The notes: a model not told the origin generated them from the sequence alone. A DNA stretch of 64,000 nt from an uncultured Collinsella sp. (GCA_905199225.1 CAJKFS010000001.1:7895-71894); one strand, 5' to 3'; counted from the first letter of the stretch, positions 38,325 to 48,879 are shown. Numbers and translations are program-made.

Positions 38325-40425
38325 CGATGAGGAAAAAGACCAGGTACGCGCTGCGTCCGACTTAGTTGCCATCGTGCAGGAAACGGTTGAGCTCAAGCCC
38401 CGCGGCCATGAGTTTTGGGGTTGCTGCCCCTTCCATGGCGAAAAGACGCCTTCTTTCCACATTATCCCCGCTACGCAGGTCTGGCACTGCTTTGGCTGCG
38501 GCGAAGGCGGCGACGTCTTCACCTATATCATGAAGCGCGAAAACCTGAGCTTTCCCGAGTCAATCCGCTATTTGGCCGATCGTGCGGGTATTGAGCTGCA
38601 TGACACCGGAGATCGTCGCGAGCGCGGTACCAAGCGTGCCCGCATCTACGATCTGTGTGCCGAGACCGCCCAGTTCTACCACACCATGCTTATGCGCGGT
38701 AAGGACGGCCGTCCACGCGAGTACTTTGCCAGCCGTGGTATGGGTGGCGACGTCTGCCGCCGCTACTGCCTGGGCTTTGCACCGGGCCGCAACGCGCTGG
38801 TGTCGCACCTGTCCCAGGCGGGTTTTACCCCGCAGGAGATGATCGACGCCAACGTTGCCGTGAGCCGCGGGCGCGGGCAGCTTGCCGACCGCTTCTACGA
38901 CCGCGTGATGTTTCCCATCTTTGACGAGCAGGGTCACAACATTGCCTTTGGCGGGCGCATCATGGGTGACGGCCAACCCAAGTACCTCAACACCGCCGAG
39001 ACGAGCGTGTTCCATAAAAAGCGAAACCTCTATGGCTTTAACTGGGCCAAGGAGTTTATCGTCGCGCAGGATACGGCCATCGTGGTGGAGGGCTATACCG
39101 ATTGTATCGCCTGCTGGGAGGCGGGGATCAAAAACGTTGTCGCCACGCTGGGCACCGCGCTCACGGAGCATCACGTCAAGACGCTCACCCGCTTTGCCAA
39201 GCGTATCGTGTATATGTTCGATGGCGATGCCGCGGGCCAGAAGGCCGCCCGTCGCGCGATTCAATTTATCGAGCAGGATTCGATGGACCTGCGCTGCGTG
39301 GTGCTGCCCGACGGCAACGACCCCATGGAGTTCATCACGGCGCATGGTGGACAGGAGCTTCAGGCGCGCATCGACGCTGCCGAGCCGCTCATGGACTTTG
39401 TCTACCGTTCGCTGCAGGAGTCGAGTGACATCACCACGCCGGGCGGTCGTGCCAAGGCGCTGGAAGATGCGCTGACGCTTATCTATCCGCTGCGCGATAG
39501 CTATATGATCGACACATACTTTATCCAGATTGCCGATCTGCTGGGTTTGGATCTGGAGACGGTTCGCGCGAGTTCGGGTCGCGTGTTTCGCGATGTCGCC
39601 AAGCGCGAAGATGCGGAACGACGTCGTGAGCAGAACTATGAACGCCAGCGGGCGCAAGCCGAGCGCTCTGGTAGCGCGGGCGGTCGGACGTCTGGTTCGC
39701 AGGGGGCATCTCGCGGTGCTTGGGCATCGGGCGCGACGCCGCCGGTGTCCGCGCCGGTCGAAGAAGAGCCGTATGACTACGTCCCGCTCGATGCCTACGG
39801 TGCCGCGCCCGTGGAGGTCGTCGACGACCTGCCGCCGATCGATGTGCCTGATGGTATGGGTGCTGTGCCTGTGACTGATGGTTCGGGCGCTCCGGCTGCG
39901 GCGGCGCCGATGGTTCTTACTGATCTTGAGCGCAAGTCCTTGGCAGGGGAGCGCGAGCTGTTGACGATGCTCACGAGCTACCCCGACCTGTTCCGCACGT
40001 ATGCCGACCGCATCTGCTCTATCGAGTGGGTTGACCCACGTCACGAGTCCATCGCATGGGCCGTTCTGGCAACGCCGCCGGGAACCGATCCTGCAGCCTG
40101 CATGGATGCGGCGCGCTCGGTCTGTCCCGAGGCGGCAACGCTTGTGAGTGCCGGGCGCATCTCCGCGACGAGCAAGCACCCCACCGAGACGAACATCGTG
40201 TTCATGCTCGATACGCTCGAGCTCTACACCATCAAGCGCCGCATGCGTGCCGCACAGGCCAAGCTGCGCCAGGACCGTTCGCTCGATGATGAGGCCCGTC
40301 GCGCGTTGACCGTGCAGGCCGCGCAGGATTCGCAGCGTCAACGCGAGCTGCAAAAGTCTATCGGCGGCGTGGCGGACCCGTTCCGTTTGATCGGTCTGGA
40401 GGCCGCAGGCACCGAACAGGCCTAG
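38317..40425 (+). CDS. dnaG: DNA primase
   Basis: Zinc finger CPFHGEKTPSF...CFGCG, a TOPRIM domain, and a C-terminal helicase-interaction domain. GTG start overlaps the ribF end. Confidence 0.9.
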   Translation: MISDEEKDQVRAASDLVAIVQETVELKPRGHEFWGCCPFHGEKTPSFHIIPATQVWHCFGCGEGGDVFTYIMKRENLSFPESIRYLADRAGIELHDTGDRRERGTKRARIYDLCAETAQFYHTMLMRGKDGRPREYFASRGMGGDVCRRYCLGFAPGRNALVSHLSQAGFTPQEMIDANVAVSRGRGQLADRFYDRVMFPIFDEQGHNIAFGGRIMGDGQPKYLNTAETSVFHKKRNLYGFNWAKEFIVAQDTAIVVEGYTDCIACWEAGIKNVVATLGTALTEHHVKTLTRFAKRIVYMFDGDAAGQKAARRAIQFIEQDSMDLRCVVLPDGNDPMEFITAHGGQELQARIDAAEPLMDFVYRSLQESSDITTPGGRAKALEDALTLIYPLRDSYMIDTYFIQIADLLGLDLETVRASSGRVFRDVAKREDAERRREQNYERQRAQAERSGSAGGRTSGSQGASRGAWASGATPPVSAPVEEEPYDYVPLDAYGAAPVEVVDDLPPIDVPDGMGAVPVTDGSGAPAAAAPMVLTDLERKSLAGERELLTMLTSYPDLFRTYADRICSIEWVDPRHESIAWAVLATPPGTDPAACMDAARSVCPEAATLVSAGRISATSKHPTETNIVFMLDTLELYTIKRRMRAAQAKLRQDRSLDDEARRALTVQAAQDSQRQRELQKSIGGVADPFRLIGLEAAGTEQA

Positions 40426-40520
40426 ATGTTGTGGTCAACCAGCGTATTCTCGCCTATATCCAGTCCTCTTTTTGGGTATAGACGCCTATGTGTGTGCTAA
40501 AGTATTGAGTCCTGTGGACT

Positions 40521-41885
40521 ATGAAGGGAGAATCTGTGCCAAAAAAGACTGAGAGCACGGGTACTGGGCTGGAATCCTACGTTGCAAAGCTCATGGGCAA
40601 CGGCTCAAACAGGACTTCGGTAACCGAGGACGAGATTCAGGTCGCCCTGAAGGATATCGATGTTTCTGACGAGCAGCTCACCGCGGTGTATTCCGCGCTG
40701 CGCAACAGCGGCATCCAGATTATCTCCGCGAGCGGTAACGACGACGCCCCCATGGACGTCGACGATGACGATAACGATACCGATACCGACGATTTCGATG
40801 ACGACGACGAGCACGATTCCGGCTCGCTCGACGATCACGAGCTCAAGATGGCCCGTCAGGCCGATGCCGAGATGGGTTCTTCCAAGAGCAAGAAGAAGCG
40901 CACCGTGCGCACGTCCCGTTCACGCTCCCGCGTGCGTGGCATCGATGCCTCCACGGTGATGCTGACCGGCGATCCGGTTCGTATGTACCTCAAGGAGATC
41001 GGCAAGGTCGACCTGCTGACCGCCTCCGAAGAGGTCGATTTGGCCATGAAGATCGAGGCCGGTCTCGAGGCCACCGAGAAGCTCGAGGCTGCCGATGCCG
41101 GCGAGCTCGAGCTCACGCGTGCCGAGATGCGTCGTCTTACGCGCATTGAGAACGTGGGCCTCGAAGCCAAGCAGGCACTCATCAGCGCAAACCTGCGTCT
41201 GGTCGTCTCCATCGCCAAACGCTATGTCGGCCGCGGCATGCTGTTCCTTGACCTGATCCAGGAGGGCAACCTCGGTCTGATCCGCGCCGTCGAGAAGTTC
41301 GACTACCAGAAGGGCTTTAAGTTCTCCACGTACGCCACGTGGTGGATCCGTCAGGCCATTACGCGCGCCATTGCCGATCAGGCCCGTACCATCCGTATTC
41401 CCGTGCATATGGTTGAGACTATCAACAAGCTCGTCCGCGTGCAGCGCCAGCTCCTTCAGGACCTGGGTCGCGACCCGACCCCCGAGGAGATCGGTGCCGA
41501 GATGGACATGAGCGCCGACCGCGTCCGCGAGATCCAGAAGATCTCGCAGGAGCCCGTGTCGCTCGAGACCCCCATCGGCGAGGAAGAGGATTCCCAGCTG
41601 GGCGACTTTATCGAGGACTCCCAGGCTATCGTTCCGCCCGATGCCGCCAGCTTCTCCATGCTGCAGGAGCAGCTCACTCAGGTGCTCGACTCGCTTGCCG
41701 ATCGTGAGCGCAAGGTTATCGAGCTGCGCTTTGGCCTTGTCGACGGGCATCCCCGCACGCTCGAGGAAGTCGGCCGCGAGTTTGGCGTCACGCGCGAGCG
41801 TATCCGCCAGATCGAGTCCAAGACCTTGGCCAAGCTCCGCCACCCGAGCCGGAGCAGCAAGCTGAAGGACTACATCGAGTCATAA
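40521..41885 (+). CDS. rpoD: Primary sigma-70 factor
   Basis: Acidic region 1.1; region 2 [18 protein letters not shown]; region 4 HTH. Confidence 0.95.
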   Translation: MKGESVPKKTESTGTGLESYVAKLMGNGSNRTSVTEDEIQVALKDIDVSDEQLTAVYSALRNSGIQIISASGNDDAPMDVDDDDNDTDTDDFDDDDEHDSGSLDDHELKMARQADAEMGSSKSKKKRTVRTSRSRSRVRGIDASTVMLTGDPVRMYLKEIGKVDLLTASEEVDLAMKIEAGLEATEKLEAADAGELELTRAEMRRLTRIENVGLEAKQALISANLRLVVSIAKRYVGRGMLFLDLIQEGNLGLIRAVEKFDYQKGFKFSTYATWWIRQAITRAIADQARTIRIPVHMVETINKLVRVQRQLLQDLGRDPTPEEIGAEMDMSADRVREIQKISQEPVSLETPIGEEEDSQLGDFIEDSQAIVPPDAASFSMLQEQLTQVLDSLADRERKVIELRFGLVDGHPRTLEEVGREFGVTRERIRQIESKTLAKLRHPSRSSKLKDYIES

Positions 41886-41898
41886 CCTCGCAAGCAAG

Positions 41899-41935
41899 AA
41901 GCGCCCTCAAGCACATCCGCTTGGGGGCGCTTTCA
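41899..41935 (+). terminator. Candidate rpoD terminator hairpin (AAGCGCCC...GGGGCGCTT plus TTT)
   Basis: Read directly from the sequence. The loop is large, so this is a moderate call. Confidence 0.4.
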
Positions 41936-41939
41936 TGTG

Positions 41940-41963
41940 GTCATTGGGGACGTCCCCAATGAC
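41940..41963. repeat. Perfect 24-bp palindrome GTCATTGGGGACGTCCCCAATGAC (copy 1 of an intergenic palindromic element)
   Basis: Read directly from the sequence. A near-copy occurs at 62190-62212. Confidence 0.85.
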
Positions 41964-41991
41964 TAGGTCGGAAAAATTCTTAAAAAAGTTC

Positions 41992-42019
41992 TTGCCCTGA
42001 GCTGATTCGTCCGTATAAT
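41992..42019 (+). promoter_or_regulatory. Candidate sigma-70 promoter for tRNA-Asn (-35 TTGCCC, 16-nt spacer, -10 TATAAT)
   Basis: A perfect TATAAT lies ~30 nt upstream of the tRNA 5' end. Confidence 0.45.
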
Positions 42020-42049
42020 AAACTTCGTTGCTTGAGAGCACGCACCTAT

Positions 42050-42124
42050 TCCTCGGTAGCTCAATGGTAGAGCACGCGGCTGTTAACCGCGCTGTTGTAG
42101 GTTCGAGTCCTACCCGGGGAGCCA
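42050..42124 (+). tRNA. tRNA-Asn (anticodon GTT)
   Basis: Cloverleaf: acceptor stem TCCTCGG/CCGGGGA, anticodon loop CTGTTAA, T-arm GGTTCGAGTCC, encoded CCA. Confidence 0.9.
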
Positions 42125-42131
42125 GGTTGTA

Positions 42132-42160
42132 AAACCCGTCGCTTATGCGGCGGGTTTTTT
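42132..42160 (+). terminator. Intrinsic terminator (CCCGTCGC-TTAT-GCGGCGGG plus TTTTTT)
   Basis: Read directly from the sequence, immediately after the tRNA. Confidence 0.8.
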
Positions 42161-42318
42161 CATGCCGCGATCGCTGTTCGCGAACGTTACCGTATCAACA
42201 TTTCGTGTCGAGGATGTAATCCCGAGGCCCGCCACCTCAACATGGCGCGGTCGTTGTAGAATATTCCAATGATTGCTCCCACGAGATGGTGCCGCGAGCA
42301 CCAGATAAGGAGATTCTT

Positions 42319-42675
42319 GTGTCTGAGACCATTAACGGCAGCCTGAGCGTCTCGAACGACGTTATTGCCGATATTGCCGGTTATGCCGCGATGACGTGCT
42401 ATGGCGTCGTCGGTATGGCCGAACAGCTCCAGGGCGCCGAGAGCGTGCGCCTGCTTGCCGGTCAGCGCCTCCGCAAGGGCGTGCTTGTCTCCGCCGACGA
42501 GAACGGCCTTACGGTCGATCTTCACGTCGTGCTCGAGAACGGCGTCAACATGAAGTCCGTCTGCCACAATCTTTCGAGCTCCGTTGCCTTTACCCTGCAG
42601 GAGATCGCCCAGATCGATCCCGCCAGCCTTAAGATCGGCATCCATATCGACGCGCTCAAGAGCCGTCTGAACTAG
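42319..42675 (+). CDS. Asp23/Gls24-family alkaline shock / envelope stress protein
   Basis: Typical size (~118 aa) and Asp23-like sequence. The GTG at 42319 is preceded by AAGGAG. It lies upstream of fakA, as in Firmicutes. Confidence 0.75.
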   Translation: MSETINGSLSVSNDVIADIAGYAAMTCYGVVGMAEQLQGAESVRLLAGQRLRKGVLVSADENGLTVDLHVVLENGVNMKSVCHNLSSSVAFTLQEIAQIDPASLKIGIHIDALKSRLN

Positions 42676-42702
42676 CATCCGAAAACGGAGATTCAAATAC
42701 CC

Positions 42703-44364
42703 ATGATTGCAAAGACCATTCGCACCTGTTTTCCGATCGCTGCGGCTGCCGTTTCCGACAAGGCCGAGGAGATCAACAAGCTCAACGTCTTCCCCGTACC
42801 CGACGGCGACACCGGCACCAACATGTCGCTCACGCTCGCCTCGGTGACCAAGGAGCTTTCCGCCCTTCCCGCCGATGCCGATATGGAGGCCATCGCCGGC
42901 GCCATCACCCACGGCTCCCTGATGGGTGCCCGCGGTAACTCCGGAGTCATCACCTCGCAGATTCTGCGCGGCGTGGCCGAGGGTCTTGTCTCTGCCGACG
43001 AGCCTATTACGTCCGCCAACATTGCCTTCGCCTTCCGTCGTGCCGTCAAGGTTGCCTTCCAGGCTGTCCGCAAGCCCATCGAGGGCACGATCCTCACGGT
43101 CCTGCGCGATGTCTCGACCAAGGCCGATGAGTGCGAGAAGAAGAAGTTCTCGGCCGAGGATGCGCTCGATGCTATCGTCGTCGAGGCGTACCAGTCCGTC
43201 GCCCGCACGCCCGACCTGCTGCCCGTTCTGAAGGAGAACGGCGTGGTCGACTCCGGCGCCTTTGGCTTCGCCATCTTCCTTGAGAACTTTGTGGCTGCAG
43301 CACTTGGCCGCAGCACCGTTGTCGAGGATTTCTCCGCCACGTTTGATTCCGCTGTCTCTGCCCGCGACGCGGCCCTTGGTCGCGTTGAGATCGAGGCCAA
43401 CGACGATTGGGAGGGCTCGGAGTTCCGCTACTGCAACGAGTTCCTGTTTAAGGCCGACGCCCCGTTTGACGAGGACGAGTGCCTTAAGTTCCTGGGTTCC
43501 ATGGGCGACTGCGAGCTTCTCGTGGGCGCCTATCCCGACTACAAGATCCATGTGCACTCCAACACCCCCAACCTGGTGCTCGAGCACATGCTGCAGCTCG
43601 GTCAGATCTATGAGGTCTTTATCCACAACATGGAGATGGAGGCCCACGACCGTACCGCCAAGATCCACGAGGATCAGGAAAAGGCCGCCGAGCCCGCCAA
43701 GGCGCTGGGCTTTGTCGCCGTTGCCGCCGGTTCCGGCGAGGCCGACATCCTCAAGTCCCTCGGCGTCGACGTGATCGTGTCCGGTGGCCAGACTATGAAT
43801 CCCTCGACCGCCGACCTGCTGGGCGCGGTGGACCAGGTCAACGCGACCTCGGTCATCATCCTGCCCAACAACGGCAACATCCGCATGGCCGCTGAGGCTG
43901 CTGCTTCAGCCTGCACCGACAAGAAGGTCGCCGTCGTTCCCACCAAGACCGTCCCGCAGGCCTTCTCCGCGCTGTTCGCGGTCCTGCCCGATTCCGAGCT
44001 CGAGGATGCCGTCGCCGCCATGGTCGACGCCATCAGCGAGGTCCGCGATGGCGAGGTCACCCGCGCCGTGCGCGACTCCAGTGCCTCTGACGGTTCTCCG
44101 ATTCACTCCGGTGACGTCATGGGTATCATCGCCGGCTCCATCGACGTGGTCGGTTCCGACGTGAAGCAGGTCACGCTCGACTGCATCAACCGCATGCAGG
44201 AGGAAGAGGAGGGCGACGCGCTGACGATTCTGGCCGGCGAGGAGCTGTCCGATGAGGCCTTCCAGGAGATCGTCGACGCTATCGAGGAGGCTCAGCCCGA
44301 TCTGGAGATTGACGCCCATCGTGGCGAGCAGCCGCTCTATCCCGTGATCTTCTCGATCGAGTAG
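42703..44364 (+). CDS. fakA: DAK2-domain fatty acid kinase subunit FakA (YloV-like)
   Basis: N-terminal Dak2 motif LNVFPVPDGDTGTNM. Its length (~553 aa) and its position upstream of recG match yloV. Confidence 0.8.
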   Translation: MIAKTIRTCFPIAAAAVSDKAEEINKLNVFPVPDGDTGTNMSLTLASVTKELSALPADADMEAIAGAITHGSLMGARGNSGVITSQILRGVAEGLVSADEPITSANIAFAFRRAVKVAFQAVRKPIEGTILTVLRDVSTKADECEKKKFSAEDALDAIVVEAYQSVARTPDLLPVLKENGVVDSGAFGFAIFLENFVAAALGRSTVVEDFSATFDSAVSARDAALGRVEIEANDDWEGSEFRYCNEFLFKADAPFDEDECLKFLGSMGDCELLVGAYPDYKIHVHSNTPNLVLEHMLQLGQIYEVFIHNMEMEAHDRTAKIHEDQEKAAEPAKALGFVAVAAGSGEADILKSLGVDVIVSGGQTMNPSTADLLGAVDQVNATSVIILPNNGNIRMAAEAAASACTDKKVAVVPTKTVPQAFSALFAVLPDSELEDAVAAMVDAISEVRDGEVTRAVRDSSASDGSPIHSGDVMGIIAGSIDVVGSDVKQVTLDCINRMQEEEEGDALTILAGEELSDEAFQEIVDAIEEAQPDLEIDAHRGEQPLYPVIFSIE

Positions 44365-44374
44365 GCAACTGCCC

Positions 44375-46552
44375 ATGTCCGAGCTGTGCTCCGTGCCGCG
44401 CGTCTCGGAGCGCTTTGCCCAGAGCAATGCGCTCGACGAGGATATCGCGCGACTCAAATATGTTTCGGGTAAACGTGAGGAGGCCCTTCGCCGTCTGGGA
44501 ATTCGGACGGTGGGGGACCTCCTTCTCCATATCCCTCATCGATACCTCGACTTTACCCGTTCTTGGTCTATCGAGATGGCGCCCATCGGTACCGTGTGCA
44601 CCATCATCGCCACGGTCGACCGTATCGTCCAAAAGCAGCCGCGTCCGCGCATGCAGGTGACCGAGGTCTCGCTTGTTGACGAGACGGGCGTGCTGCAGGT
44701 CGCCTTTTTCCGCCAGCCCTGGATTGCCCAGCAGCTTAAGCAGGGCGACCGCCTGGCCGTGATGGGCAAGGTCGAGTTTGCCTACGGCTTTAAGCAGATG
44801 GCCTCGCCGCACTTTGAAAAGCTCGAGGACGGGCGTGCCGCAGGCACCATCCTGCCGGTCCATTACGTGAGTGATGGCGTGAGCCAGGCGTGGATGCGCC
44901 GCATCGTAAGCGGCGCGCTCGAGGTCGTCGGCAATCCGTTCGATCCGATTCCCGCGCCGCTGCGCGCAAAGCGGAAGCTCATGAGCAATGCCCGCGCGCT
45001 TCGTTCGATTCACTTTCCCTCGAGTATGGCCGAGCGCGACATTGCGCGCCGCCGTTTGGCCTACGAGGAGTGCCTCTACCTGCAGCTGGCGCTGCGTCTG
45101 CGCAACGACGGCGGCCTGGTCGATGTGGTGCCCTATGCCCACACTGCGGGCGAGCATCTGGGCGCGCTTAAACAGGCCCTTCCGTTTTCGCTGAGCGACG
45201 AGCAGGAGGCCGCATTCCAAGACATCCTGCATGACATGTGCGATGGCGGGCGCGTGATGAACCGTCTGCTGCTGGGCGATGTCGGTACCGGTAAGACCGC
45301 CGTTGCCGCCTGCGCGCTGGCTGTGGCTGCCGATAGCGGCACGCAGGCCTGCGTTATGGCGCCCACGGGCGTGCTGGCGCGCCAATATGCCGATAAGACC
45401 GGCCCTCTGCTCTCGCAGGCCGGCATGTCCTGGGCACTTCTGACGGGTGCCACGCCGGCCGCAGAGCGCGAGCGCATCCATGCACAGCTGGAATCGGGCG
45501 AGCTTGACGTGCTCTTTGGCACCCACGCGGTTCTTTCGGATAACGTTGCGTTCAAGCATCTGTCGCTCGTGGTCATCGATGAACAGCACCGGTTTGGTGT
45601 GGGCCAACGCAACGCCCTGCGCGCGAAGGGGCCGGGTGCCGATCTGCTCGTTATGACGGCGACGCCCATCCCGCGTACGCTGGCGCTTTCGGTCTACGGC
45701 GATCTGGACACGAGCATCATTCGCCATCGGCCCGTCCCTGGTGCTGGCGTGACGACACGCGTGCTCACCGAGTCGAGCCGTGACCTCGCCTATGGCGCCA
45801 TCCGCGAGGCGCATGAAAAGGGTCAGCAGGCCTACGTGATTTGTCCGCTCGTGGAGCCGAGTGACTCGGCCGATGAGCTGGAAGACGTGCCCGGTATTGC
45901 TCGCGACGACGAGGGCCGCGTAACCGTCCCCGTGCCGCTGCACGATACGGCAACCGAGCTCGACCGACTGCGTCTTGCGTTGCCGGGGCTTACCGTCGAG
46001 CGCCTGCACGGCCGCATGCCGGCGGGGGAGAAGGATCGTGTGATCGACGCCTTCAAGCGTGGCGAGATCGACGTGCTCGTCTCGACCACGGTGGTCGAGG
46101 TGGGCGTCGACGTGCCCAACGCCACCGTCATGGTCATCGAGAACGGTGAGCGCTTTGGGTTGGCTGCCCTGCACCAGCTGCGCGGTCGCGTGGGCCGTGG
46201 CAGCGTGTCGGGCACGTGCCTGGTCATGACGCACTCCAAGGGCAACGGTGGCGCTTCGGCAGCGCAAGATCGCCTGCAATCGCTCGAAAAAACCTCTGAT
46301 GGCTTTACACTCGCCCAGATGGACCTGCGCCTGCGCCATGAGGGCGAAATCCTGGGGTACCGCCAGCACGGCGGTGTGACCCTGCGCTTTGTCGACCTGG
46401 ATGCCGACGAGGAACTGATCGAGTGGGCCCATTTGGACGCGGTCGAGCTCTTGCGGTATGCTTGTACACTTGACTCCGTGGCGACGCGCCCCCTGCGCGA
46501 CGCGGTCGCCATGCGTTATCGACATATTTTTAAGGAGGTCAGCGGAGGATGA
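44375..46552 (+). CDS. recG: ATP-dependent DNA helicase RecG
   Basis: Wedge domain plus helicase motifs GDVGTGKT, DEQHRFG and QLRGRVGRG. Confidence 0.95.
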   Translation: MSELCSVPRVSERFAQSNALDEDIARLKYVSGKREEALRRLGIRTVGDLLLHIPHRYLDFTRSWSIEMAPIGTVCTIIATVDRIVQKQPRPRMQVTEVSLVDETGVLQVAFFRQPWIAQQLKQGDRLAVMGKVEFAYGFKQMASPHFEKLEDGRAAGTILPVHYVSDGVSQAWMRRIVSGALEVVGNPFDPIPAPLRAKRKLMSNARALRSIHFPSSMAERDIARRRLAYEECLYLQLALRLRNDGGLVDVVPYAHTAGEHLGALKQALPFSLSDEQEAAFQDILHDMCDGGRVMNRLLLGDVGTGKTAVAACALAVAADSGTQACVMAPTGVLARQYADKTGPLLSQAGMSWALLTGATPAAERERIHAQLESGELDVLFGTHAVLSDNVAFKHLSLVVIDEQHRFGVGQRNALRAKGPGADLLVMTATPIPRTLALSVYGDLDTSIIRHRPVPGAGVTTRVLTESSRDLAYGAIREAHEKGQQAYVICPLVEPSDSADELEDVPGIARDDEGRVTVPVPLHDTATELDRLRLALPGLTVERLHGRMPAGEKDRVIDAFKRGEIDVLVSTTVVEVGVDVPNATVMVIENGERFGLAALHQLRGRVGRGSVSGTCLVMTHSKGNGGASAAQDRLQSLEKTSDGFTLAQMDLRLRHEGEILGYRQHGGVTLRFVDLDADEELIEWAHLDAVELLRYACTLDSVATRPLRDAVAMRYRHIFKEVSGG

Positions 46553-47205
46553 GAATCATCGGCGGCGAATGGCGCGGTCGTAAGATCGAGGAGCCCCGTG
46601 GTCGCGATGTCACCCGCCCCACGACTGATCGCGTGCGCGAGTCGTGCGCATCTATGGTCATGTCGGCATTCGACTTCGATCTGGACGAGGTCCGCGTGCT
46701 GGACGCCTTTGGCGGCTCCGGTGCCTTAGGGTTAGAGATGCTCTCTCGTGGGGCCCGCTCGCTCACGACGTTTGAGATCGATCGCAACGCCGCGCGGCTC
46801 ATTATCAAGAATATCGAGTCGCTCTGCCGCGACCGTGCGCGTTGGCGCGTGGTCACGGGCGACATGCTGGCGAGTGCCTCGCGCGGTCGTGTACCGGGCG
46901 GCCCCTTTGATCTGGTCCTGCTCGACCCGCCCTATGCTTTTGGTGCCGAGCCGGTCGAGGAACTGCTGCAGAACCTGGCTCAGCAGGGTTTACTTGCACC
47001 TGGCGCTTACGCCTTGTTTGAGCATGCCGCTGCCGATGCGGGCGCGCATCCGGCAGGCTTTGAGACTGTACGTGAGAAGCGCTACGGCATTACCTCGGTC
47101 GACCTGCTTCGTTGGGTCGGCGATAACGATGGCGAGGGCGATAACGCCGGCATCGATGCTGACAACAACGATGCCACGACGTTTCAGGAGGATGCTCATG
47201 AGTGA
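46549..47205 (+). CDS. rsmD: 16S rRNA (guanine966-N2)-methyltransferase RsmD
   Basis: RIIGGEWRGRKI...RPTTDRVRE and the DPPY motif LLDPPY. Confidence 0.85.
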   Translation: MRIIGGEWRGRKIEEPRGRDVTRPTTDRVRESCASMVMSAFDFDLDEVRVLDAFGGSGALGLEMLSRGARSLTTFEIDRNAARLIIKNIESLCRDRARWRVVTGDMLASASRGRVPGGPFDLVLLDPPYAFGAEPVEELLQNLAQQGLLAPGAYALFEHAAADAGAHPAGFETVREKRYGITSVDLLRWVGDNDGEGDNAGIDADNNDATTFQEDAHE

Positions 47206-47695
47206 CACCATCAACCGCGTGATCGTCCCGGGCACCTTTGATCCCATCACGTTTGGCCATATCGATGTGATCCGCCGCGCCCGCCGCATCTTTCCCAGCG
47301 TGATCGTCGCTGTTGCCGAGTCGCAGGGTAAAAACGGTGTGGGCACCACGTTTACGCTCGATGAGCGCGTGGCGCTGGCCCGAGAGGCGCTTGGTGATAT
47401 CGACGGCGTCGAGGTCCTGCCCTTTACCGGCCTCTTGGTCGACTTCGCTCGCGAGCAGGGGGCGGGGGCCGTGGTCAAGGGCCTGCGCGCCATGACCGAC
47501 TTTGAGTATGAGCTGCAGCAGGCCGACCTCAACTATCGCTTGGATAACGAGCTGGAGTCCATCTTTGTCATGAGCGCGCCGCAGTACGGCTATATCTCGA
47601 GCTCGGTTGTTCGCCAGATCGCCTCGCTCGGTAGTGACGTATCGACGTTTGTCCCGCCCAACGTGGTCGAAGCGCTCAAACATCGCTTTTCGTGA
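47198..47695 (+). CDS. coaD: Phosphopantetheine adenylyltransferase
   Basis: GTFDPITFGHIDVIRRA. The start is placed at the ATG overlapping the rsmD end. The track start at 46748 is in this frame but runs through the rsmD coding region and is rejected. Confidence 0.9.
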   Translation: MSDTINRVIVPGTFDPITFGHIDVIRRARRIFPSVIVAVAESQGKNGVGTTFTLDERVALAREALGDIDGVEVLPFTGLLVDFAREQGAGAVVKGLRAMTDFEYELQQADLNYRLDNELESIFVMSAPQYGYISSSVVRQIASLGSDVSTFVPPNVVEALKHRFS

Positions 47696-47763
47696 CGTTT
47701 CTTATTGCCTGGTGGCATGTGGTAAACTAGCACGATGATATGTTACCTATGAAAGGAGACCGG

Positions 47764-48261
47764 ATGCCGGGCGAGAATTTTCCTGGCGATAGGATCGTCA
47801 GCTTGGTCGATGAGCTCGAAGGGCTGATCGAGGAAGCCAAGCCGCCTTTCGGCAAGAACGCTCAGTTCAAGGTCATCGACGCCGACGTGTTCTTCAACAT
47901 CCTCGACGAGATCCGCATGAGCTATCCCGAGGAGTGGCAGAAGTCCCGCCGTATCCTTAAGGAGCGCGAGGAGCTCATGGCTTCCGCCGCCGCTCAGGCC
48001 GATTCCATCATCGCTGACGCTCAGCAGCAGGCCCTCACCATTGCCGGTGAGCAGGAGATCGTCCGCCTTGCGCAGCAGCAGGCCGACGACATCCGCGATC
48101 GTGCCCAGCAGTACGAGCGCGAGACGCGTTATGCTGCCGAGGACTATGCAGAGCAGGTCTTTACGCACCTGGAGGAGAACCTTAAGAGCCTGACCGGCAC
48201 CGTTACCCGTTGCCGTCAGCAGCTCAACGAGGGTGCCGCCCAACAGAATGGTCAGTGGTAA
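47764..48261 (+). CDS. Coiled-coil hypothetical protein (ATP-synthase-b-like / DivIVA-like helical repeats)
   Basis: Gln/Ala/Glu-rich helical sequence. AAAGGAG precedes the ATG at 47764. It is upstream of yceD-rpmF. Confidence 0.5.
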   Translation: MPGENFPGDRIVSLVDELEGLIEEAKPPFGKNAQFKVIDADVFFNILDEIRMSYPEEWQKSRRILKEREELMASAAAQADSIIADAQQQALTIAGEQEIVRLAQQQADDIRDRAQQYERETRYAAEDYAEQVFTHLEENLKSLTGTVTRCRQQLNEGAAQQNGQW

Positions 48262-48815
48262 TGGCTGAGTTCCCGAGCGTTACCGTCGATCTTTCCGAGC
48301 AGCTCGAGTTTCCTGGAGATTCGTATCCGCTGACCGGTAAGGTCGATGTCGCCACCTACACGGTGGGCGAGAAGGAGTACCAGCTTCAGGACGGCATCGA
48401 CTACGACGTTGTCTTTACCAATGCCGGTACCGGTGTCTTGCTCACGGGCATGGTCCGCGCGCACGCCACCGGCGAGTGCGACCGTTGCCTGGAGCCCGCC
48501 TCGTTTGATATCGCCGGCGAGATCGAGGAGTTCTACCTCTTTGAGGAGCCCGAGGATCCCGAGGCCTACGAGGACGGCTACGAGCTCCTGGGTGAGGACC
48601 GTCTAGTCGATCTGGGTGAGCCCATCAATGACGCGGTCGTTATGGACACGCCGTTTGTAGTGCTCTGCAAGCCCGATTGCCGTGGTCTGTGCCCCACATG
48701 CGGTTGCAATCTCAACGTCGAGCAATGCGATTGCGCCGCCCAGGCAGAGGCGGAATGGGCCGCTGCCACGGAAAATCCATTTGCAGCATTGAAGAATCTC
48801 AAGCTCGATGAGTAA
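48261..48815 (+). CDS. yceD: YceD/DUF177-family protein (23S rRNA accumulation protein)
   Basis: C-terminal CxxC...CxxC cluster (CKPDCRGLCPTCGCNLN). It lies immediately upstream of rpmF, the conserved pairing. Confidence 0.75.
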   Translation: MAEFPSVTVDLSEQLEFPGDSYPLTGKVDVATYTVGEKEYQLQDGIDYDVVFTNAGTGVLLTGMVRAHATGECDRCLEPASFDIAGEIEEFYLFEEPEDPEAYEDGYELLGEDRLVDLGEPINDAVVMDTPFVVLCKPDCRGLCPTCGCNLNVEQCDCAAQAEAEWAAATENPFAALKNLKLDE

Positions 48816-48879
48816 AACTGTGGTAGTATCGCTACTTGCGCGTAATCGCCACACTGGATAGTTCATAAGGAAGGTCACT

